Part shown: positions 9,273-20,100 of the stretch, piece by piece | Layout: each line of letters opens with the position of its first letter | How positions within the stretch are numbered: position 1 is the first letter of the stretch | The notes under the pieces: model-generated | What the model was told of the DNA's origin: nothing | Databases searched by the model: none | The model's input: the letters and a program-made list of their open reading frames with translations, nothing else | Source of the DNA: Myxococcota bacterium | GTDB taxonomy: Bacteria; Myxococcota_A; UBA9160; UBA4427 | NCBI GenBank assembly: GCA_046351135.1 | Contig: JAXLZA010000002.1 | Span: 127,427-191,426 of the forward strand | Length of the DNA: 64,000 bases | Reading direction: 5' to 3' | Program-made: the position numbers and the translations under genes

Positions 9273-10052
9273 CTAGCGCGAAGCCAGCGCGAGCATCGCC
9301 CGGGTCGCGACCGCGATGCAATCGCCCATGTTGCGGTCGAGGTCGATCGCCGACGGGCCCGGCCAGGGCGTCCGATCCGAGACGACGCAGATCGCCCCGG
9401 CCTGCACGCCGAAGAGGCCCGCGAGGGTCAGCAGGATGCCGGTCTCCATCTCGCAGTTGAGGACCCGGGCCTGCTGCATGTCGCGGATGCGTGCCTCGAG
9501 ATGGCTCGGCCAGTAGCCGCCCACCGACATCGAGGCCATCGAGCCGCCGGGGCCGGCTACGGCGTTGCGGACGTAGAAGCCGTCGAGGGACCAGGTGATG
9601 CCCGTCCGGGCGCGGGCGCCCCGCTCGCGCGCCGCCTCGACCAGGGCGGCGACGATCCGGTAGTCGGCGACGGCGGGATACTCGGGGACGACGTAGGTCC
9701 GGCTCGTGCCGTCGTCGCGGACGCAGCCCGTCGTGATCGCGAGGTCGCCGATCGCGAGCTCGGGATCGAGGCCGCCCGAGTTGCCGATCCGGATGAAGGT
9801 CTTCGCGCCGAGCTTGATCAGCTCCTCGAGCAGGACCGCGGTGCCGGGGGCGCCGATGCCGTGGGAGGCGGCGGTCAGCGGGACGCCGTCGAGGGCGCCG
9901 CTGACGATGGTGAACTCGCGGACCTGGCAGACGGTCCGCTTCGCCGTCCAGCCGGCGCTGATGCGCGCGACGCGGGCTGGGTCGCCGCAGACGAAGACGT
10001 TCGGAGCGACGTCCCCGGGTCGGCAGCCGGTGATCGGTTGGGCATCGGACAC
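9273..10052 (-). CDS. nucleoside phosphorylase, PNP/UDP family (uridine phosphorylase-like)
   Basis: Motifs 'SHGIGAPGTAVLLEELIKLGAKTFIRIGNSGGL' and 'VLNCEMETGILLTLAGL'. A GTG start at 10052 is preceded by GGGAGG with a 6-nt spacer. The upstream part of the track ORF is Arg-rich junk. Confidence 0.8.
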   Translation of the reverse strand: MSDAQPITGCRPGDVAPNVFVCGDPARVARISAGWTAKRTVCQVREFTIVSGALDGVPLTAASHGIGAPGTAVLLEELIKLGAKTFIRIGNSGGLDPELAIGDLAITTGCVRDDGTSRTYVVPEYPAVADYRIVAALVEAARERGARARTGITWSLDGFYVRNAVAGPGGSMASMSVGGYWPSHLEARIRDMQQARVLNCEMETGILLTLAGLFGVQAGAICVVSDRTPWPGPSAIDLDRNMGDCIAVATRAMLALASR

Positions 10053-10150
10053 GATTCGCCTCCCTGGCGCGCGACGGACGGGTCGCGCGCCAAGGGAAGC
10101 GGTTCGGGGCGACGGCCGCCAGCGGCCGCGGGCTCGGGCGGGACCGGACG

Positions 10151-10505
10151 CTAGTCGCGGTCCACGCGCCACCGGGGGGCGCAGCTCGCCGGGGCGACGG
10201 CGAGGCGGGTCGGCTCGACCTGCGAGACCGGGTCCCGGCAGAAGACGGCCGTCCGGCCGACCGCGACGTGGATCGCTCCGCTGCCGTTGCCCGTGACGTC
10301 GATCTGCACCGCGCCCCGGCCCGTGTTCGTGACCGTGGTGCAGGCGTCGGAGTCGTCGAGGCGGGGGTGTGGACGGTCTCGACCGGGCTCGCGGCGATCG
10401 TCGTCTCGTCGGGACTGGCCTGGGTGTGCCCGCGGGTCGTCAGCGGGGCAATCGTCGCGGCCACCGCGGTGTCGGCAGGCCGAACAGGGCGACGGCGACC
10501 CGCAT
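10151..10505 (-). pseudogene. possible decayed or frameshifted small exported-protein gene
   Basis: Near-100% G/C third positions in the frame ending at TAG 10151-10153 ('...LDDSDACTTVTNTGRGAVQIDVTGNGSGAIHVAVGRTAVFCRDPVSQ...'), but no start codon exists in that frame. Upstream, the coding-like frame changes near a G5 run at 10363-10367. A signal-like 'MRVAVALFGL' starts at ATG 10505 in a third frame. Confidence 0.3.
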
Positions 10506-10648
10506 CGGGACCCTCGGCCTCCGGTCCGTCGAGGGGGAGGGGCCCGCACGCGAGCGTCGGGCGCGGAGACATGCGACTTTTTTCCCGGGCGAGGGGCTTC
10601 GTCGAAGCGGATCCCCGGCGTCTCGACGGGTCGACGGGGGAGGGTTCG

Positions 10649-11563
10649 ATGCGGCGATCGGTCGGTGTCCCGCTCGCGATCGGGATCGCCTCGATGGTGC
10701 TCGTGCTGGCCCTGCTGGTGGGCTGGCAGATCCTCGTCTGGCGCGACGCGCAGGGGGCGGCGGGGCCCTGGAGCTCGCTCGACCTCGTGCTCCTGACCCT
10801 GGGCACGCTCTTCTTCCTGCTCGTGTTCGTCGGGCTCGTCTGGCTGAGCGTCCGCATCGTGATCGAGATGCGCCTCAATCAATCGCAGCGCGCGTTCCTC
10901 GACGCGGTGACCCACGAGCTGCGCACGCCGCTCTCCTCCTTCCGCCTGGGACTCGAGACCCTCGCCCGCCACGAGCTCGATGCGAAGGCGCGCAGCGAGT
11001 TCCTCGGCCGCATGGGCTCGGATCTCGACCGACTCGAGCACACCGTCGACCTCGTGCTGACCGCCGCCCGCGCCGAGGAGGGCGCGCGGACGCGGGATCG
11101 CAAGCAGAGCGTCGAGCTGCGCGCGCTGCTCGCGGAGCACGTCGAGGAGCTGCGCGCGCGACACCGGCTCGAGGGCGACGCGGTCGAGCTCGCCGGGGCG
11201 TCCGACCTGCACGTGCGCGGGGACGCCGCGGAGCTCGGCATCGTCTTCCGCAACCTGCTCGAGAACGCGGTCAAGTATTCGAGCGATCCGATCCGGATCC
11301 GCGTCGGCCTCGAGGCCGCGCGCGACGGGCGGATCAAGGTCGAGATCGCGGATCGCGGGATCGGGATTCCGCCCCAGGAGCTCGACCGCATCTTCCAGCG
11401 CTTCCATCGCGTGGGGCGCGACGTCCAGCGCCAGGTGGCCGGACTGGGGCTCGGTCTCTTCGTGGTCCGGACGCTGCTGCGCAAGCACGGCGGTCGCATC
11501 GTGGCGCTCTCCGAGGGCGCGGGGCGCGGGAGCCGATTCGTCGTCACCCTGCGCCCGGCGTGA
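10649..11563 (+). CDS. sensor histidine kinase (two TM helices, very short external loop)
   Basis: H-box 'FLDAVTHELRTPL', N-box 'FRNLLENAVKY' and G-boxes 'IADRGIGIP' and 'GLGLGLFVV'. ATG 10649 is preceded by GGGGGAGGG with a 4-nt spacer. An alternative ATG lies at 10571. Confidence 0.85.
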   Translation: MRRSVGVPLAIGIASMVLVLALLVGWQILVWRDAQGAAGPWSSLDLVLLTLGTLFFLLVFVGLVWLSVRIVIEMRLNQSQRAFLDAVTHELRTPLSSFRLGLETLARHELDAKARSEFLGRMGSDLDRLEHTVDLVLTAARAEEGARTRDRKQSVELRALLAEHVEELRARHRLEGDAVELAGASDLHVRGDAAELGIVFRNLLENAVKYSSDPIRIRVGLEAARDGRIKVEIADRGIGIPPQELDRIFQRFHRVGRDVQRQVAGLGLGLFVVRTLLRKHGGRIVALSEGAGRGSRFVVTLRPA

Positions 11564-12309
11564 CGGAGGCCCTCGTGACCACGCCCGCCGAAGCGCCGCG
11601 GACGAAGCCCCGCATCCTCGTCGTCGAGGACGAAACCCACCTCGCGGAGGGCATCCGCTTCAACCTCGAGCAGGAGGGCTACGAGGTCCTCGTGGTCGGC
11701 GACGGCCGCACCGCCGTCGACCAGCTCACCGACTCGGCCCGCGGTGCCTTCGACCTCGTCATCCTCGACCTCATGCTCCCCGAGATGAACGGCTACGAGG
11801 TCGCGCGGCGCACCCGCGCCGCGGGCAACTTCGTCGCGATCCTGATCCTCACGGCGAAGGACGACGAGGCCGACGTGGTGCGGGGCCTCGAGGAGGGCGC
11901 GGACGACTATCTGACGAAGCCGTTCCGCCTGAACGAGCTGCTCGCCCGCGTGCGCGGGCTGCTGCGGCGCCGGCGCTGGGACGGCGTCGAGACGACGAGC
12001 GAGGCGCAGCGCGACGTGCGCGTGGGGGACGCGGTGATCCACTTCGATCGCTTCTCGATCGAGACCCCACGCGAGACGGTGACGCTGACCACGCGGGAGG
12101 TCGGGCTCCTGCGCGCGCTGGTGGATCGGGAAGGAGAGACGGTGACACGGGGGGAATTGCTGGAGCAGGTCTGGGGGCTCCGACCGGATACCCGGACGCG
12201 GGTCATCGACAGCTTCGTCGTGCGCCTGCGCCGCTACCTCGAGCAGGACCCCTCGCGGCCGACTCACATCCTCTCCGTGCGCGGCCGGGGCTATCGATTC
12301 GAGCGGTGA
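11560..12309 (+). CDS. OmpR-family DNA-binding response regulator
   Basis: Receiver domain 'ILVVEDE...DLVILDLMLPEMNG...LTAK' and winged-helix 'LTTREVGLLRAL...VRGRGYRF'. The GTG at 11560 overlaps the kinase stop (GTGA). An alternative GTG lies at 11575. Confidence 0.9.
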   Translation: MTEALVTTPAEAPRTKPRILVVEDETHLAEGIRFNLEQEGYEVLVVGDGRTAVDQLTDSARGAFDLVILDLMLPEMNGYEVARRTRAAGNFVAILILTAKDDEADVVRGLEEGADDYLTKPFRLNELLARVRGLLRRRRWDGVETTSEAQRDVRVGDAVIHFDRFSIETPRETVTLTTREVGLLRALVDREGETVTRGELLEQVWGLRPDTRTRVIDSFVVRLRRYLEQDPSRPTHILSVRGRGYRFER

Positions 12310-12355
12310 ATTTTTCCCTTGTGCCGCAGGGGCGAATCGTGCCAACGTAGACGAC

Positions 12356-13135
12356 ATGAACCGATCGCTGCGCATGCACGTGCGACCGCTCCTCGGCGAG
12401 CCGACCCTGGTCCTCGCGTTCGAGGGCTGGAACGATGCGTGCGAGTCGGCGTCGACGGCGGTGCGGTTCGTGGACGACGTGGTGCGGACGGTGCCCCTCG
12501 CGGACATCGATCCCGACGAATACTACGACTTCACCGTCCGCCGCCCCGAGGTCCGCTACCAGGCCGGCCGCTCCTCGACGATCCACTGGCCCAGCAACGA
12601 GTTCCGCTACGGCGTGACGCCGGAGGGCCTCGAGCTGATCACGGGGCTCGCGGTCGAGCCGCATACCCGCTGGCGCAGCTACAGCGAGGCCGTCGTCGAG
12701 CTCGCCGTCGACATGGGCGTCCAGCGCTGCCTGCTGATCGGTGCCTATCTCGCCGACGTCGTCTACTCCCAGCCCGTCGTCGTGTCGGGCTTCGCGACCA
12801 ACTCCGAGCTGCTCGAGCGCTACCAGATCGAGCCGACCAACTACGAGGGACCGACGGGCATCGTCGGCGTGCTCTTCGAGGCGCTCAAGCAGGAGGGCAT
12901 CGAGGTGCTCGCGATCTGGTCCGGGCTGCCGCATTACATCAATGCGACGCCGAACCCGCGCGGGGCGCTGGCGCTGCTGCGCAAGGTCTCGCAGTTCCTC
13001 GAGACCCCTTTCGAGCTCGCCAAGCTGAAGGACGACGCGCTGCGCTTCGAGGAGGAGATCTCGAAGGTCGTCGCCGGCGACGAGGAGCTCTCCGAGTACG
13101 TCAAGGAGCTCAAGCGGCGCGAGTTCGCGCAGTAG
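12356..13135 (+). CDS. PAC2 (proteasome assembly chaperone 2-like) family protein
   Basis: 259-aa ORF with 'PTLVLAFEGWNDACESAS' and 'NYEGPTGIVGVL...WSGLPHYINATPNPRGALALL', as I recall for bacterial PAC2-family proteins. Confidence 0.75.
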   Translation: MNRSLRMHVRPLLGEPTLVLAFEGWNDACESASTAVRFVDDVVRTVPLADIDPDEYYDFTVRRPEVRYQAGRSSTIHWPSNEFRYGVTPEGLELITGLAVEPHTRWRSYSEAVVELAVDMGVQRCLLIGAYLADVVYSQPVVVSGFATNSELLERYQIEPTNYEGPTGIVGVLFEALKQEGIEVLAIWSGLPHYINATPNPRGALALLRKVSQFLETPFELAKLKDDALRFEEEISKVVAGDEELSEYVKELKRREFAQ

Positions 13136-13182
13136 CTCTTCATCGCTGCGCGCGCGATGCGCGCTTCGCTGGGCCGCGGGCG

Positions 13183-13434
13183 CTAGGCGATCTCGATCGA
13201 CTGCTCGATCAGCATGATCGGGATGTCGTCGTCGATCACGTAGAGGAAACGGCCGTCCTCGCGCACGAGCCCCTCCCGGATCTCCTTCTCGACGACCTCG
13301 CCGGCGCGGTTGCGCAGGCGCTTCGCCCCGATCTCGGCGTTCAGCTTGGCGAGCAGGGGCGCCTCCGCGAGGCGCAGCGGCTGGCCCGACTCGGGGCAGA
13401 TGAGGATGGCGAGCAGCTCCGGATCGATCGGCAT
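13183..13434 (-). CDS. Trm112 family protein (UPF0434)
   Basis: 83 aa: 'MPIDPELLAILICPESGQPLRL...LYVIDDDIPIMLIEQSIEI'. ATG at 13434. Confidence 0.8.
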   Translation of the reverse strand: MPIDPELLAILICPESGQPLRLAEAPLLAKLNAEIGAKRLRNRAGEVVEKEIREGLVREDGRFLYVIDDDIPIMLIEQSIEIA

Positions 13435-13529
13435 GACTCCCTCTCGCCCGTTCCCGGGCTCCCTTCTTCCGTTTGCGCCAGATTCACCGCGGATCCACCG
13501 CGCCGCGCGCCCGTCCCGTTCGGCCGGCG

Positions 13530-14786
<1,257 letters not shown>

Positions 14787-14796
14787 CGTGGGCTCC

Positions 14797-15933
14797 TCAG
14801 ACCAGCGCGAGCGCTTCGTAGCTCGCGAGGCCGGCGAGATTGCGCAGGCTCATTTCGGGCAGGTAGTCGCGGACGTAGCCGTGACCGCCGTAGACCTGGA
14901 CGGCGGAGTCCGCGACCGCGAGCCCGACCCGCGCCGTCTGATCCTGGGCGAGGCGCACGCGACGCGACGCATCCTCGCCGGCGTCGAGGGCCGCGGCGGC
15001 CTCCCAGACGAGCAGTCGCGCGCCGTCGATCTCGATCGCCATGTCGGCGAGCTTGAAGGCGATCGCCTGGCGCGTCGCGATCGGCTGACCGAACGTCTCG
15101 CGTTGTTTGGCGTAGTCGCGCGCGGCCTCGTAGGCGGCGCGCGCCGCACCGAGCGCCGTCGCCGCGATCGCGATGCGCCCGCGATCGATCAGGCGACGCA
15201 CGTCGGCGTCGCTCGCCGCGAGCCGGTCCTCGGCGGAGACGCGCACGCCCTCGAGCACGAGCTCCACCGTCGGCAGACCGCAGAGCCCCATGTTCTGCTC
15301 CGGCACGGCGCGCAGCCCCGCGGCCTCGCGATCGACGACGAATGCGGCGAGCGGGCCCGCGGTCGCGGCGCTGCCCGGGGTCGGCTGCGCTCCGGTCGTC
15401 GACGCTCCGGCCTCGCGGGCGATCACGACCACGTGGCGGCCGCCCGGGAGCCAGGGCACGTGGCATTTGTGGCCATCGAGGCGATGGCCGTCGCCGTCGC
15501 GCCGGGCCGTCGTCTGCGGGCGGAACGGATCGAAGTCGAAGCGCGGCTCGACGAGGGCGAGCGCGCCGGGCACGAAGGCCGGCCCGAGCAGGCCGGGCAG
15601 CACCCGCCGGCGCAGCGCCTCGCTGCCGTGGTCCGCGACCGGAAAGCCGACGAGGCCAGGCGAAAGGATCGCGAGAGCGAGGGCCATGTCCCCCCAGCCG
15701 AGCTCCTCGGCGACGAGCGCCCCGGTCAAGGCCGACCGCGCACCGCCCCCTCCGTCCGCTTCGGGCAGGCCGTTCGCGACGAGCCCGAGCTCGTGGGCCG
15801 CGGCGAGCAGGGCCGGAGCCGGCACACCCGACTCGTCCGCCTCGCGCCCGCGCGGTCGGATCTCGTTCTCGGCGAACTGGTGCACCGTCTCGATGATCAG
15901 CGCCTGCTCTTCGCTCGGCTCGAAGTCGATCAT
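14797..15933 (-). CDS. acyl-CoA dehydrogenase family protein (second, shorter paralog)
   Basis: ATG at 15933 ('MIDFEPSEEQALIIETVHQFAENEIRP'). Contains 'QRETFGQPIATRQAIAFKLADMAIEIDGARLL' and 'VYGGHGYVRDY'. Ends 'ASYEALALV', soon after the YE position. Its stop is 10 nt before the start of the downstream ACAD gene. Confidence 0.85.
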   Translation of the reverse strand: MIDFEPSEEQALIIETVHQFAENEIRPRGREADESGVPAPALLAAAHELGLVANGLPEADGGGGARSALTGALVAEELGWGDMALALAILSPGLVGFPVADHGSEALRRRVLPGLLGPAFVPGALALVEPRFDFDPFRPQTTARRDGDGHRLDGHKCHVPWLPGGRHVVVIAREAGASTTGAQPTPGSAATAGPLAAFVVDREAAGLRAVPEQNMGLCGLPTVELVLEGVRVSAEDRLAASDADVRRLIDRGRIAIAATALGAARAAYEAARDYAKQRETFGQPIATRQAIAFKLADMAIEIDGARLLVWEAAAALDAGEDASRRVRLAQDQTARVGLAVADSAVQVYGGHGYVRDYLPEMSLRNLAGLASYEALALV

Positions 15934-16330
15934 GAAGGCCACTCCGGATGGGCCGCGCGCGCGGCGGGGATCGTGCGTCGAGGACTCGCGCCGCTCGCGC
16001 GAATCGGCGTGGAGAGCGGGTCTCGGGGCGTCGGACGAACGGCTCGAAGTCGAGCGTATCAACTGGCGCCGGGGCTCGCCGCGACGGCGCGGTGCGACGT
16101 CGTCCATCCGGTGCGCACCCGAAACGGACTCCGGGTCCCGCCTGCAACCATTCGCTGCGCGCTCGTCGTTCGCTCGGCCATATACTCCGCGCCGAACCAC
16201 CTCCCGCGCCGGATCGAAGCTGCTCGTTCGACGCGATCCGACCCGGGAGTCCACGCAACGCGCGCATCTCGCTCCGCGATCGATCGACCGCGAGAGCGAG
16301 TGTCGTGTGCCGAGAGGCCGCGTCTCGCCT

Positions 16331-17131
16331 ATGCCCGGAAAGATCCCCGGAAACTCGCCCGGAACCCCGTCCGCGAAGGGCTCCCGCATCGCGTCGTCGA
16401 AGAGCTCCTGGCTCGCGGTCGTCGCCGCGGCGGCGCTCGCGACCGTCTTCGTCTTCTGGTCGGGCTGGCCGACGCCGGGCGAGGGGACGGCGAACGCGTC
16501 GGGGAGCAACGTCCAGGTCGCGACGGGCGTGTGCGATGCCCACCGCCTGAAGGCGCTCACGGCCAACGACCCCTCGATCGAGATCGAGATCCCGGCCGAG
16601 TTCGACAAGCCCTTCCCGTCGGCCTCCGCCTGCCAGTCGGCCGTCGACGCGTGGGATCCCAAGGCGCCGGGCCCGAAGCAGCCGATTCCCTTCAGCCACA
16701 AGCACCACGCCGGCCAGTTCAAGATCGAGTGCCTCTACTGCCATGCCGGGACCGACAAGTCGGCCGCCGCGGGCGTCCCCTCCGTCGAGCTCTGCATGGG
16801 CTGCCATTCGCAGTTCCCGACCGAGTACGACGAGATCGAGGGCATCCGGATCCTGAAGCAGCACTGGGAAGAGAAGAAGCCGATCGAGTGGGTCCAGATC
16901 CACCGCCTTCCCGAGCACGTCCAGTTCCGCCACAACCGCCACGTCCAGAAGGGCGTCGCGTGCCAGACCTGCCATGGCCCGGTCGAGGAGATCGACAAGC
17001 TCCATCTCGTCCCGGATACCAAGATGGGATACCTGGTGCCGGTCGCGAAGCTCGAGATGGGCTGGTGCATCAGCTGCCACCGACAGAATCATCAGCAGGC
17101 GTCGCAGGACTGCCTGAAGTGCCACTACTAG
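16331..17131 (+). CDS. actA: Alternative Complex III pentaheme cytochrome c subunit ActA
   Basis: ATG at 16331. N-terminal TM anchor. Five CXXCH sites: CLYCH, CMGCH, CQTCH, CISCH, CLKCH. First gene of an act-type operon. Confidence 0.85.
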   Translation: MPGKIPGNSPGTPSAKGSRIASSKSSWLAVVAAAALATVFVFWSGWPTPGEGTANASGSNVQVATGVCDAHRLKALTANDPSIEIEIPAEFDKPFPSASACQSAVDAWDPKAPGPKQPIPFSHKHHAGQFKIECLYCHAGTDKSAAAGVPSVELCMGCHSQFPTEYDEIEGIRILKQHWEEKKPIEWVQIHRLPEHVQFRHNRHVQKGVACQTCHGPVEEIDKLHLVPDTKMGYLVPVAKLEMGWCISCHRQNHQQASQDCLKCHY

Positions 17132-17198
17132 GGACTGCTTCGAGTCGCTCCGTCGAGTCACTCTTCTCTTTCCGAGAGACAGGAAGCCAGGGGTCTGC

Positions 17199-20100
17199 AT
17201 GTCCGAGCTCGATCGTCGTGAGTTCCTCAAGATCGTCGGCCTGTCCGCAGGGGCCGCCGCTGCCGCCGGCTGCAGCGATCCCGCGGAGAAGCTGATTCCG
17301 TACGTGATCCAGCCCGAGACGATCACGCCGGGCATTTCCGTCGACTACGCCTCGACCTGTCTCGAGTGCTCGTCGGGCTGCGGTCTCCACGTGAAGACCC
17401 GCGAAGGCCGCCCGATCAAGCTCGAGGGCAACCCCGAGCATCCCATCAACCGCGGCCGCCTGTGCGCCCGCGGCCAGGCGAGCCTCGGCCGGACCTATCA
17501 TCCCGACCGCATCCAGGGCCCCGCGACCCGCAGCAGCGACGGTGCGCTCCAGCCCATCAGCTGGGACGACGCGAAGGGCAAGCTCGCGGCGAAGCTCGGC
17601 AGCGACGCCGGCAAGACCTGGATCCTGGGCGGTCCGGTCGGCCCCTCCCTCGACGCGCTGCTCGACCAGCTCGTCGCCGCCACCGGCATCGCCGGCCGGC
17701 TGACCTACGAGCCCTTCGGCGACCACGCGCTGCTCGACGCGAGCCAGCAGCTCTTCGGCGCCTACGCCGCGCCGATCTTCGACCTGACGGGCGCGGACCT
17801 CGTCCTCGACTTCGGCTCGGACTTCCTCGACACGGGCCGCTCCCCGGTCGAGCACGCGCGCCAGCTCTCCGAGGGCCGGGACGTCGCGAAGCAGGCCAAC
17901 GGCGGTGCCCGCGTCATCGCGATCGGGCCGCGCCAGAACCTGACGGCCTCGAACGCCGACCTCTGGGTCGCGGTCCGCCCGGGCAGCGAAGGCGTGCTCG
18001 CCCTCGCGCTCGCGCAGGCGGTGGCCAACGCGAAGGGCAACGCGGTCGTCGCGGCCGCGGCGGCCGGTGCCAGCAAGAACGCGGCGATCGAGGCCGCGGG
18101 GCTCGACGCGGCGCTCTTCGACAAGCTCGTCGGCAAGCTCTCGAGCGCGAGCCGCGCGGTGGCCTTCCCGCCTTCGGTGGCGGCGGCGACGACGGCCGGG
18201 CGCAGCGATGCGGCAGCGGTGCTGCTGCTCAACGCGGCGGTCGGTGCGATCGGGACCGCGGTCCGCTATCCGGCGGCCGACGCGAAGAAGACGGCGAGCC
18301 TCGCCGACGTGAAGGCGCTGGTCGAGAAGATGAACGCGGGCCAGGTCGACTGCCTGCTGATCCACGATCTGAACCCCGTCTACTCGCTCCCCGCTTCCCT
18401 CGGCTTCAAGGACGCGCTCGGCAAGGTCGGCCTGGTCGTCGCCTTCGCGCCGCTCGCCGACGAGACGACGGAGAAGGCGGGCCTGCTCCTGCCGGACCAC
18501 ACGCCGGCCGAGTCCTGGGGCGACGCGAGCCCGCGACCGGGCATCCGCTCCCTGGTACAGCCGACGGTCCGGCCGCTCTTCGACACCCAAGCCATGGCCG
18601 ATACGCTGCTCGACGCGGCGCGCGCGGCGGGCGGCGACGCGGTCGCGACGCTGCCGGCGGGCAACTGGAAGAGCGTGCTCCAGGCCAACTGGTCGGGCAC
18701 GAGCTGGCGCCAGGCGCTGGCCCGCGGCGGCGAGTTCGGCGAGACGGCGACCCGCTCGGTCGCGCTGGTCGAGGGGCTGGGCGGCGTCCAGGCCTCGGCG
18801 CCGAAGCTCGCGGGCTCGGGCGACTTCACGCTGATCGCCTTCCCCCACTCCTTCTACGGCGACGGCCGCGGCGCGGCGCTGCCCTGGATGCAGGAGATCC
18901 CCGACCCGGTCACGAAGCTGTCGTGGAACTCGTGGGCGGAGCTCTCCCATACGAAGGCCGCCGAGCTCGGCGTGACCTTCGGCGACGTCGTCACGGTCGC
19001 GACGGAGTCCGGCTCCTTCGACGTCTCGGTCTTTCCGCGCGGTGGCATCCCGGACGACGTGGTCGCGATCCCGATCGGCCAGGGTCATACGGTCGGCCAC
19101 TACGCCTCGATGGCGGGCGACGAGCAGTCACAGCCCGGCGTGGCCCGCGGTGTCAATCTCGCCGACGTGCTGCCGGTCGCGACCGACGAGGCCGGCGGCC
19201 AGGCCTTCCTGTCGACGAAGGCGACGGTGACGAAGGCGGGACGCTTCCGCCGGCTCGCGCTGTCGCAGTGGACCGACAACCAGCGCAAGCGCGGTCTCGC
19301 CCCCGAGGTCTCGCTGTACGACCTCGCGCAGGCCGGCGGCATGGCCCACTTCCTCGCGGCTTCTCCGGCCTCGGCCTCGGAGCACGAAGGCGGCGAGCAC
19401 GCGGAAGGCGGCGAGCATGGCGAGGGCGGTGGACACGCCGAGGGCGGCCACCACTTCTCGGGCCCGCCCTTCGAGTACGACCCGGGCAACGACGCCGATC
19501 CCGATCAGCCCTATCGCTGGGGCATGACGATCGACAACGACAAGTGCACCGGCTGCTCCGCCTGCATCGCCGCCTGCTACATCGAGAACAACGTCTCGAT
19601 CGTCGGCGAGCAGCAGGCCATCAAGCACCGCGAGATGACCTGGCTCCGGATCGAGCGCTACGTCGGCGACGGCGACGACGACGCGTCCCTCGACTCCGAG
19701 CGCCGGCCGATTCCCCGCGGCGAGCGCCTCGGCGAGAACAAGGTCCGGCATCTGCCGATGCTCTGTCAGCACTGTGGTGCGGCGCCCTGCGAGGCGGTCT
19801 GCCCGGTCATCGCGACCTACCACAACGACGAAGGCATCAACGGCATGGTGTACAACCGCTGCGTCGGCACGCGGTACTGCGCCAACAACTGCACCTACAA
19901 GGTCCGCCGCTTCAACTACTTCGACTACGGCCGCAAGAACTGGCCGGGCCTGCTGGGCCTCATGCTGAACCCGGACGTGACCGTCCGCGGCCAGGGCGTG
20001 ATGGAGAAGTGCTCGTTCTGCGTGCAGCGGATCGAGGCGGCGCGCCAGCCGGTGAAGGACAAGGGCCTGCCGATCCCGGACGGCGCGGTCAAGACCGCCT

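Noticed and set aside
10571-10648. Earlier ATG start for the histidine kinase
   Set aside because: ATG 10649 has a much better Shine-Dalgarno sequence (GGGGGAGGG) and begins directly at the first TM helix. The 26 extra residues are not hydrophobic or conserved-looking. Kept as an alternative only.
13150-13164. GCGCGC-GAT-GCGCGC hairpin between the convergent PAC2 and Trm112 genes as a terminator
   Set aside because: The stem is only 6 bp with a 3-nt loop and there is no U-tract. Such self-complementary GC runs are frequent in this DNA.
16181-16186. TATACT hexamer in the 397-bp ACAD/actA divergent region as the act promoter -10 box
   Set aside because: No TTGACA-like hexamer lies at 16-18 nt spacing upstream, so the evidence is insufficient to call a promoter.
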